Assembly: GCF_028285745.1 (NCBI RefSeq)
Contig: NZ_JANQOP010000103.1
Coordinates: forward strand, 1-24,000
Origin: Acaryochloris sp. IP29b_bin.137
GTDB taxonomy: Bacteria > Cyanobacteriota > Cyanobacteriia > Thermosynechococcales > Thermosynechococcaceae
Reading direction: 5' to 3'
Length of the DNA: 24,000 nt
The notes under the pieces were generated by a model. That model was not told the DNA's origin. It did no database searches and saw only the letters and a list, made by a program, of their open reading frames with translations. The stretch's first letter is position 1. Each line of letters opens with the position of its first letter. Below are positions 1-7,912 of this stretch, piece by piece. A program made the translations under genes and the position numbers.

Positions 1-619
1 CGACTGCTATGGTCATGGAAATAAACCCTCTTGATCTAACTTAAAAATTGCAAGGCCGCAAAATTTTCTTTCGAACCTTGTGAGGTTTCTCAGAAACCGG
101 ACTAAGGAATCGAGAGTTTGGGTTCTGGGAATTAATAGTGTAAATCGCCCTAGAACCTCAACCTACACCTCTTCATAACCAAATGTTATAGAGATCATTC
201 ACTAAATGTAACAGAGTTTCGTCAGAAAATGTAGCGGCTACAAAGGCACATACACAGAGGTTTAGCCAACTTGCAGGGGGTATGCTGCACAAAACTTTAT
301 CTACCTCAACCATCGGTTTTTTGGGGCTTGGCTACCCAAATGGCTATTCTTTATCCTGGCTTTAAGAGAAGTAAAGTTATATAGGACTATCTAAATAAAA
401 CTTCACATATGAGTTGAGAACTATATTAATCCCATCAAATTTGTGTCTAGCGTTGGTTAGTATCTGAAATATGGCTGCTGATAGATTTGCATGCGGAGAC
501 GATAAGGAAGTACTGCTTGGCAGTCCATCGTAGACTCATCCATTGTTTAGCTGAGCAGCTTATACTCATATATCAGTGCTCATCATTAGCTAAGGAATCA
601 CAAGAGCTCACCTGACACC

Positions 620-1183
620 ATGACCACACAGAAACTATTAGATAAGCAGACATTGCGTTACGAGGTTCTTGGGACTCGTCGATTAAGTAACTATATGATC
701 GCGACGATGGTCTCCATCGGAGGGGTCGGTTTCTTCTTAGCTGGTCTTTCCAGTTATTTCAAAATCGATCTTCTGCCAACAGGTAATGCAGTCGATCTGA
801 TTTTCATCCCTCAGGGCATCGCACTCACATTCTATGGGACTTGTGGTTTACTTTTAGCAACTTATCTATGGTTAACCATAAGTTGGAATGTCGGTTCCGG
901 ATTTAATGAATTTAGCCAAGATTCTGGGAAATTTCGACTATTCCGTTGGGGACGCCCGGGCAAGAACCGCAAAATTGAACAAATGTATCCTTTGGAGAAT
1001 ATCCAGTCTGTTCAGGTCAAAATTCGTGAGGGACTCAATCCTCAACGGACCATATATCTGAGGATCAAGGGCCGCAACGATATCCCCTTAACCCGAGCAG
1101 GTCAGCCCATGGCGCTAGATAAGATCGAGAATCAAGCAGCTGAAATTGCTCGTTTCTTGGGCGTTCCCATGGAAGGGTTGTAA
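620..1183 (+). CDS. ycf4: Photosystem I assembly protein Ycf4
   Basis: 187-aa ORF. Two N-terminal hydrophobic helices (NYMIATMVSIGGVGFFLAGLSSYF, GIALTFYGTCGLLLATYLWLTI) followed by a soluble domain with FRWGRPGKNRKIE...IQSVQVKIREGLNPQRTIYLRIKGRNDIPLTRAGQP, characteristic of Ycf4. Confidence 0.95.
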   Translation: MTTQKLLDKQTLRYEVLGTRRLSNYMIATMVSIGGVGFFLAGLSSYFKIDLLPTGNAVDLIFIPQGIALTFYGTCGLLLATYLWLTISWNVGSGFNEFSQDSGKFRLFRWGRPGKNRKIEQMYPLENIQSVQVKIREGLNPQRTIYLRIKGRNDIPLTRAGQPMALDKIENQAAEIARFLGVPMEGL

Positions 1184-1211
1184 AACCATAACTCTAATTT
1201 ATTGTCTCTAT

Positions 1212-2015
1212 ATGATCCATTCAACAAAATCCATCGGCTTATTCAGATCATTCTGGGTGATGGTACTCGTGTTTTTACTGGTGGCATGTAGTGCGCCTTC
1301 TAATTCTTCTGGTACATCAGATACTGGAGCATCACCCACTAGTTCTTCAGTGTCTAGTCCCAGTCAAGAGGGCAGCTCAGAACCTGATTCAGTGCCTGGT
1401 TCAGAGTCTACTTCCCCCTTTGCTCAACTTCCTCAGTTGCAGGGGAATGCCACTGTGGTGCTTAAAGTTAATGGAAAAACCATTACCTTGGCAATTGACG
1501 GTAATAATGCTCCTATCACAGCCGGTAACTTTATCGATTTAGTTGATAAAGAAGTGTATAACGGCACGGCTTTTCATCGGGTTGTGCGGTCACCCTCTCC
1601 CTTTGTTGTTCAAGGGGGAGACCCTCAAAGTAAGGATCCCAATTTCCCTGTTCAACGACTGGGGACAGGAAGCTACATTGATCCTGAAACGAAGGAACCC
1701 AGATATGTGCCGTTAGAGATTCTGCCGGAAGGGGCTGAGCAGGCGACATACAGCAAAACCCTTCAGTCTGCTGGTGTGAATCAACTACCGAAGTTAAAAC
1801 ACACAAAAGGGGCGGTGGCGATGGCCCGCTCTCAATTACCTGACTCTGCTTCTGCGCAGTTCTATTTCACCCTTGAGAATATTGATTTCCTAGATGGAAA
1901 CTATGCTGTCTTTGGCTACGTGACTGAAGGGATGGATGTGGTTGATCAGATTCAACAAGGCGATCGCATTGAGTCGGCAAAAGTCACCGCAGGCATTGAG
2001 AATCTGAAGCGATAG
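1212..2015 (+). CDS. Cyclophilin-type peptidyl-prolyl cis-trans isomerase, predicted lipoprotein
   Basis: Track ORF opens at 1146, but the internal in-frame ATG at 1212 starts MIHSTKSIGLFRSFWVMVLVFLLVAC, a good lipoprotein signal with lipobox LVAC. Cyclophilin motifs: ITAGNFIDLVDKEVYNGTAFHRVV, FVVQGGDPQ, GAVAMARSQLPDSASAQFYFTL, YAVFGYVTEGMDVVDQI. Confidence 0.88.
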   Translation: MIHSTKSIGLFRSFWVMVLVFLLVACSAPSNSSGTSDTGASPTSSSVSSPSQEGSSEPDSVPGSESTSPFAQLPQLQGNATVVLKVNGKTITLAIDGNNAPITAGNFIDLVDKEVYNGTAFHRVVRSPSPFVVQGGDPQSKDPNFPVQRLGTGSYIDPETKEPRYVPLEILPEGAEQATYSKTLQSAGVNQLPKLKHTKGAVAMARSQLPDSASAQFYFTLENIDFLDGNYAVFGYVTEGMDVVDQIQQGDRIESAKVTAGIENLKR

Positions 2016-2209
2016 TTGGATAGTGGCTGGTCACAAGGGATATCCATATTCGATGGGCAAACACTTGTGATATGCCCCTGTTGTTGAGTTTGCTGATGGG
2101 ATTTCATAATCACTTGCTGATCTGTATATTTCAGAATGGATTTAGCTGCCAACCATCATGATGGCAAGGTGGACAGCAGCTTTGGTTTGAGAGGTCTTTA
2201 TAATCTCGT

Positions 2210-3376
2210 ATGGTGCCAAGGGTTGTTGTTACAGGAATAGGGGTAGTTTCAGCCCTAGCCCCTAGTCTGGACAAGACCTGGCATCGGCTTCTAAGGGGTG
2301 AATCGGGAATCAAGAAGTACCATCCTTTTCCAGAGATTCCTGCCCAACCTTTAGCATTAGTCGATTCTCGGCCTAGTCATCTTGAGGACTTATTAAAACC
2401 TGCTCTGACAGAGGCTTTATCCGATGCGGGTCTCTCGTCACCGCTTCCAGATTGCGGGATAGCCATTGGTTCTAGTCGTGGCTCTCAATTTCAATGGGAA
2501 GAAGGAGCATCTGTTTATCATGCTTCCGCCAATGTCGTGAGATCGCTACTATCGACGCCAGCGTATCTTGCCCAAATTTATAGCGTGTCTCCTGCCTCAA
2601 TAGTGGCTCAATTCGTAGAAGCTCAAGGTCCTGTTTTGGCTCCTCGTGCTGCCTGTGCCACGGGAATTTGGGCCATTGCTCAGGGCGCAGACCTCATCCG
2701 AGCGGGATACTGTTCACGAGTCATCGTTGGTGCCGTTGAAGCCCCGATAACGCCATTGACCCTAGCAGGCTTCAATAAAATGGGTGCTATGGCCCATTCA
2801 GGAGCCTACCCCTTTGATCAGAACCGGGAAGGGTTTGTTTTAGGAGAAGGAGCCGCAATTTTAGTTTTAGAAGACGAGACTTTAGCGAAAAAAAGACATG
2901 CCAACGTATATGGTCAAATCTTAGGGACAGGGTTAACCGTCGATGCCTACCATATGACTGCCCCCGAGACTAGCAGAAAGGCGGCAATCACTGCGATTAG
3001 GAGCTGTCTTCAACGTAGCGATCTGGAGACATCTGATATTGGCTATATCCATGCCCATGGCACGGCCACTCAACTCAATGATCGAGCAGAGGCGTTCGTC
3101 ATTAAAGAATTATTTCCATCTTCGGTGGCCGTTAGCTCTACCAAGGGAGCCACCGGACATACCCTCGGTGCATCGGCTGCATTGGGATGTGTATTTTGTT
3201 TGATGGCCCTTTCCCAGAGAGTGCTCCCTCCTTGTGTCGGACTGCAAGAGCCCGCATTCGATCTGAATTTTGTCCGCAAACCCCTTAGCCACAACCTGCA
3301 ATCCGTTTTATGTTTAAGCTCTGGCTTTGGAGGACAAAACACCGTCTTAGCTTTATCTTCAAGTGCGTCAGTTTGA
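2210..3376 (+). CDS. Beta-ketoacyl-ACP synthase family protein (KAS II/FabF-like condensing enzyme)
   Basis: MVPRVVVTGIGVVSALAP start; Cys active site APRAACATGIWAIAQG; His sites HAHGTATQLND and GATGHTLGASAALG; C-terminal GFGGQN. Confidence 0.9.
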   Translation: MVPRVVVTGIGVVSALAPSLDKTWHRLLRGESGIKKYHPFPEIPAQPLALVDSRPSHLEDLLKPALTEALSDAGLSSPLPDCGIAIGSSRGSQFQWEEGASVYHASANVVRSLLSTPAYLAQIYSVSPASIVAQFVEAQGPVLAPRAACATGIWAIAQGADLIRAGYCSRVIVGAVEAPITPLTLAGFNKMGAMAHSGAYPFDQNREGFVLGEGAAILVLEDETLAKKRHANVYGQILGTGLTVDAYHMTAPETSRKAAITAIRSCLQRSDLETSDIGYIHAHGTATQLNDRAEAFVIKELFPSSVAVSSTKGATGHTLGASAALGCVFCLMALSQRVLPPCVGLQEPAFDLNFVRKPLSHNLQSVLCLSSGFGGQNTVLALSSSASV

Positions 3377-3611
3377 GAAACTAAGTTGAGTGAGCCATCG
3401 GCTGATTGACTTGCTCAACTTGATTTCTACCGATTGTTGGGAGGGATGGAAGACGATAGATCCCTTTGGCAAAGAATTGGGCACACTGGATGCAAGCTAT
3501 CTTATGAAGCTGCAAGAAGTTTTTAGTTTCCAATTGCTTTCTACCCAAACTAAAACTTGCTAAGCTTCTTGTACTGAAACTGTAGTAAATATTGATTGTT
3601 TCTAAAAAGAC

Positions 3612-4694
3612 ATGGTTGAAGAAGTCAGTTCAAACCCTATTCTAAGTGTCGATGAACCCCAACAATCATCCACTTCGCCTGCGTCTCAAGCCAGTATGGG
3701 GGCTGACGAACTCATGGATGAGTTATTCCATGACTTTGAAGCTGATCTGGAGAGTTCAAGCTTGGCCTTGGCAACATCGAGAGATGGGGGTGTAGGACAG
3801 GCTTTGCTAGAAACCATCAAAGGACAAGGTTTATTTCGTCATTCGTCCACAGACCATCCTAGTGATGATTTATTGGTCCCCTACACACCGTTAGAGTCAA
3901 CCTTGGCCCTTAGAGAGGATCTAGAGACTTCGCTCAGCCTCGATGTTGTCTCTTTACAAGAGCCTGCCAAAAAACCGCTAACTGGAAAACGTTTACTGAT
4001 GACTTCGGCTTGTGTCTCCTTAGTCGGTATCAGTATGTTTTGGGTGGGACGGCAACTGCGACTCCAGCATGCGCCTGTAGCCGCTGCCCCTCAATCTGAG
4101 ATCGCATCCCCTCAAGTGCCTGCCGAGACCGTGGCGTTTGCTGATTATGTCAGCCAATCCCTGGAACGAATTAATCAAGAAACTAAAGCGGCAAAACTGG
4201 CTGCTGCTCAGGCTAAAACACAGCCTAAGACAGCCACCATTTCTCCTGGTGCTGGGCTTCCCAGTTTACCCAATGTACCCAAGGTGAGTGTTGCAGGTCC
4301 AAACTCAGCTTCGGCTCCCCATAATAATGTTGAGCGAGTGTACGTTCCCGTAACCGAAGTTCCCACTCCACCAGCTCAACCGGAAGCCTTGCCTCAGCCT
4401 GCCAATACGCCAGTGATTGCTGCAGCTAAGGCCACTCCCCAAGCGGATGAGTTGCCCGTTGTTAAACCTTTGCCCTTAACCCCACCGAATGATGGCGAGC
4501 GCAAGTTCTTGGGGGGCACTAACTTGGGTGATCAGCCTGTGTTTATGGTCTCTATTAATGGCTCTACGCGCCACGTTAAGTTAGGAGAATCCATCGATGA
4601 GACCGGGGCCACCTTTGTAGAATTTGATGGGGAACAAAGTGTGCTGAAGCAGGGCAATCAATTGAGATCCGTCACGGCAGGGCAATCGTTCTAG
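3612..4694 (+). CDS. Hypothetical membrane-anchored protein, possible PilP/GspC-like C-terminal domain
   Basis: 360-aa ORF with acidic N-terminus, one TM segment (LLMTSACVSLVGISMFWVG), a long Pro/Ala-rich linker and a compact C-terminal beta-rich stretch (FMVSINGSTRHVKLGESIDETGATFVEFDGEQSVLKQGNQLRSVTAG). The domain analogy is tentative. Confidence 0.7.
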   Translation: MVEEVSSNPILSVDEPQQSSTSPASQASMGADELMDELFHDFEADLESSSLALATSRDGGVGQALLETIKGQGLFRHSSTDHPSDDLLVPYTPLESTLALREDLETSLSLDVVSLQEPAKKPLTGKRLLMTSACVSLVGISMFWVGRQLRLQHAPVAAAPQSEIASPQVPAETVAFADYVSQSLERINQETKAAKLAAAQAKTQPKTATISPGAGLPSLPNVPKVSVAGPNSASAPHNNVERVYVPVTEVPTPPAQPEALPQPANTPVIAAAKATPQADELPVVKPLPLTPPNDGERKFLGGTNLGDQPVFMVSINGSTRHVKLGESIDETGATFVEFDGEQSVLKQGNQLRSVTAGQSF

Positions 4695-4863
4695 CCCCCC
4701 ATTTGGCTCAATTTATAGATTGGAAGCTGGGTTAGACTGGTGTGTGGCCCACTTGTAAGCGCTAGGATGCATGGGGATGTCCTAACATAGGAAACAGCTT
4801 AAAGCAGTCGCCTTTCATGGTAAAGGTTGTGCTTTATCTAATCCTCGATATTCTCAATCGACA

Positions 4864-5808
4864 TTGATGGCTGAATTTTTAACGGTTGCCTTCTATAAAT
4901 TTGTTGAACTGCAAGACTATAAGGAGTTAAAAGCTCCCCTCCTGTCTTGTTGCGAAGACAATAATGTTCAAGGCACTATTCTGTTGGCGACGGAAGGAAT
5001 CAATGGTGCGATCGCAGGTCTACCCCACAATATCCAGGCAGTCTTAGATTTTCTGCGTAAGGATTCACGCTTCGCCGATTTAGCACCAAAAGAATCCTGG
5101 TCAGAGAAACGCCCCTTTTATCGGATGAAGGTCCGGCTGAAAAAAGAAATTATCAAAATGGGGGTTCCAGACATTGACCCCACTCAAACCGTTGGAGAAT
5201 ACGTAAAGCCGGAAGACTGGAACCAGTTACTCGCCGATCCAAACGTGGTAATCATTGATGTACGCAACGATTATGAGGTGGCTATAGGCACCTTCAAAGG
5301 TGCGGTTAATCCCAACACTCAAAGTTTTTCAGAGTTGCCCCAATGGCTTCAAGCACAAGCTGAATTGCAGAAAAAGCCCAAAGTGGCCATGTTTTGTACA
5401 GGCGGTATTCGCTGTGAAAAATCAACCGCCTTATTGCGACATCAAGGTTTTGAAGAGGTCTATCACCTGCAAGGAGGCATCCTCAGCTATTTAGAGAAAG
5501 TGCCAGAAAGCGAAAGTCTATGGCAGGGCGATTGTTTTGTCTTTGATGAGCGAGTGGCTGTCGGCCATGGCCTTAAACCGGGTCGATATCAGCTATGCCG
5601 AGCCTGTCGAACTCCCATTAGCCCTGAAGATATGGCCTCGGAGCACTACGTCCCGGGGCAAAGCTGTCCCCATTGCCATGGCACCCAAACGGAGACCCAA
5701 AAACAGCGATTTGCAGAGCGTCAGCGACAAATGGAACTCGCAAAGCAACGCAACCAAGTCCATATCGGGGCAAAATATGCTCGCCATCAACTCGATCCAA
5801 ACCCCTAA
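4864..5808 (+). CDS. trhO: Rhodanese-domain tRNA uridine(34) hydroxylase (TrhO/YceA family)
   Basis: Acylphosphatase-like N-terminal domain (NVQGTILLATEGINGAIAG), rhodanese domain (NVVIIDVRNDYEVAIGTFKGAVNP) with active site CTGGIRCEKS, and Cys-rich C-terminus CRACRTPIS...CPHC. Confidence 0.92.
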   Translation: MMAEFLTVAFYKFVELQDYKELKAPLLSCCEDNNVQGTILLATEGINGAIAGLPHNIQAVLDFLRKDSRFADLAPKESWSEKRPFYRMKVRLKKEIIKMGVPDIDPTQTVGEYVKPEDWNQLLADPNVVIIDVRNDYEVAIGTFKGAVNPNTQSFSELPQWLQAQAELQKKPKVAMFCTGGIRCEKSTALLRHQGFEEVYHLQGGILSYLEKVPESESLWQGDCFVFDERVAVGHGLKPGRYQLCRACRTPISPEDMASEHYVPGQSCPHCHGTQTETQKQRFAERQRQMELAKQRNQVHIGAKYARHQLDPNP

Positions 5809-5813
5809 ATTGC

Positions 5814-6485
5814 ATGGCAACCTATCCCATTTTGTATTCGTTTCGTCGTTGTCCTTATGCCATGCGAGCCCGGTTAGCTTTGACAGTTAGCCGACAGGTC
5901 TGTGAACTGCGAGAAGTGGTATTGCGAGACAAGCCCCAAGAGATGCTGAACGTTTCCCCAAAAGGAACGGTCCCAGTCCTGATTAAGGTTGACGGTTCCG
6001 TCTTGGCAGAAAGCCTAGACATCATGATGTGGGCTCTCAAACAGCAGGATCCTGAACGTTGGCTCCGTTTTGATCCCGATCAAATGATGAATCTGCAAGC
6101 CCTCGTTGCAGAATGTGATGGTCCCTTTAAGCACCATCTAGACCGTTACAAGTATGCACAGCGTTACGAAAATACCAATGCAGTAGAACATCGGACTGAA
6201 GGATCCCAATTCCTTGAAAAGCTCAATCATCAACTAGGAGAAACGGCTTATCTATCTGATCAGCATAGATCTTGGGCTGATATGGCTATTGCCCCCTTTG
6301 TTCGTCAATTTGCCAACACAGACCGACAATGGTTTGATGCTCAGCCTTGGTGCCATTTGCAGGCCTGGTTAGCTGAATTTCTAGCCTCTGATATATTTCA
6401 GCAGATTATGGAAAAGTACCCACAGTGGAAATCAGGGGAATTGGGTCCTTTGTTTCCGAGCCTATCCTCACCCCATCTAGAATGA
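5814..6485 (+). CDS. Glutathione S-transferase family protein
   Basis: Likely start at the ATG at 5814 (MATYPILYSFRRCPYAMRARLAL), internal to the 5673 track ORF and 5 nt after the trhO stop. GST N-domain CPYAMRARL, KGTVPVL, VLAESLDIMMW. Confidence 0.87.
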   Translation: MATYPILYSFRRCPYAMRARLALTVSRQVCELREVVLRDKPQEMLNVSPKGTVPVLIKVDGSVLAESLDIMMWALKQQDPERWLRFDPDQMMNLQALVAECDGPFKHHLDRYKYAQRYENTNAVEHRTEGSQFLEKLNHQLGETAYLSDQHRSWADMAIAPFVRQFANTDRQWFDAQPWCHLQAWLAEFLASDIFQQIMEKYPQWKSGELGPLFPSLSSPHLE

Positions 6486-6711
6486 CTTTCTAGCCTAGAC
6501 AAAGTGTCCAGCAAAGCCTAAACATCCCAAAACGACAACTTTTTGATGTCAAAATATAACTTGTCATAGCTCTATGCATTTGCTGATTGAGTCTATGGTC
6601 TGGGCCAATGCCATAGGGGGGGTTGATTAAGATAACTATCTGAAATCCAGTGATTCTAATTTAAGGGCAAGGTTTAGATATAGAATTCGATCAACTCAAC
6701 AGGTATCGAAA

Positions 6712-7788
6712 TTGACAAACTCACAAGTTACCTTCGCCAGGAACATCGGGTTTAGGAAAGAATTAAACCGACGGGTCAACGAATATTTCACCACAAACAA
6801 TATCAGACCCCGAGATAATCTAGCGATGTATTTCAAGTCGCTAGTGATTGCCACTTGGACCTTGACTGCATGGGCCATCATTCTTTTTGGTCCACCCAAC
6901 CTTGCCATCAAGATACTGGGTTGTGTTGCGCTAGGGATGGGGGTGGCTGGCTTCGGCATGAGCATTGGTCATGATGCTAATCATGGAGGTTACTCATCTA
7001 GTCCCCTTGTCAATCGGATTATTGGCAGCTGTTATGACGTGATTGGCGTCTCTAGTTTCCTATGGAAATTTCGCCACAATCAGCTCCATCATGTCTATAC
7101 GAATATTGAAGGCTATGACAACGAGATTGAGGGAGACGGTGTGGTCCGCATGTCCCCACATACGGCCCATCAACCCCACCATCGATGGCAGCATTATTGG
7201 ATTTGGTTCATCTATCCCTTTATTCCCATTTATTGGTATTTCAGGGATATTCAACGATTTATCCGCAACACCCCCTATCAAGACAATCCCCTTCCTCCCA
7301 AACAGCCCATCGATCATTTAACATTCTGGGTTGGCAGAGCCATTGGTATTTCGTTCTTTATTGGTATTCCATATTTTGTGGGCTACTCGCTATTCGAGAT
7401 AGGGACTGGTTTTGTGATTGCCTATTTGACCTATGGAGCCATCGTTTGTGAGATTTTCATGTTGGCCCATGTTCTTGAGGATGTTGAATTTCCTCAGCCT
7501 GATCCAGAATCAAACCAAGTTGAGGATGAGTGGGCTATTTTTCAACTGAAAACCACTGCCGACTTTGCGCCCCAAAATCCTTTTTTGAATTGGTATGTCG
7601 GTGGACTAAACTACCAGGCGGTTCATCATCTGTTTCCCCAGATCTGTCATATTCACTATCCCCAAATTGCCCCTATTATGGCGGAGGTCTGTCAGGAATT
7701 TGGAGTCAAGTATGTGGTTTATCCCACTTTCAGAGAAGCTATAGCTTCCAATTACAGATGGCTCAGACTGATGGCTGTGGGAGGATAA
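6712..7788 (+). CDS. Membrane fatty acid desaturase (front-end, DesD/linoleoyl-CoA desaturase-like, no cyt b5 domain)
   Basis: Histidine boxes HDANHGG, HNQLHH and QAVHHLFP (Q-x-x-H-H form of front-end desaturases) with several TM segments. Start appears to be TTG at 6712. Confidence 0.88.
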   Translation: MTNSQVTFARNIGFRKELNRRVNEYFTTNNIRPRDNLAMYFKSLVIATWTLTAWAIILFGPPNLAIKILGCVALGMGVAGFGMSIGHDANHGGYSSSPLVNRIIGSCYDVIGVSSFLWKFRHNQLHHVYTNIEGYDNEIEGDGVVRMSPHTAHQPHHRWQHYWIWFIYPFIPIYWYFRDIQRFIRNTPYQDNPLPPKQPIDHLTFWVGRAIGISFFIGIPYFVGYSLFEIGTGFVIAYLTYGAIVCEIFMLAHVLEDVEFPQPDPESNQVEDEWAIFQLKTTADFAPQNPFLNWYVGGLNYQAVHHLFPQICHIHYPQIAPIMAEVCQEFGVKYVVYPTFREAIASNYRWLRLMAVGG

Positions 7789-7837
7789 CCCCAAGGTTAG
7801 TTTAAGTTAGCAAGAAAATCACATTAATCCAGTTAGG

Positions 7838-7858
7838 AAACCCATTCATAGCGGGTTT
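7838..7858. terminator. Possible weak bidirectional terminator hairpin between convergent genes
   Basis: AAACCC(7838-7843)...GGGTTT(7853-7858) inverted repeat between the desaturase and ATPase 3' ends. Confidence 0.3.
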
Positions 7859-7912
7859 GAGAAATTTGTAGTCGTTGAGCCTAGGGAAAAAACACTGGTG
7901 AGGTGTGAATAT

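Noticed and set aside
1531-1806. Minus-strand 91-aa ORF in the cyclophilin gene, and similar ones at 3070..3342, 7060..7317 and 11871..12137
   Set aside because: All antisense to genes with strong family motifs; no independent evidence.
5537-5890. ORFs 5537..5890 (+), 5593..5820 (-) and 5618..5815 (-)
   Set aside because: Overlap the trhO coding sequence in other frames; shadow translations only.
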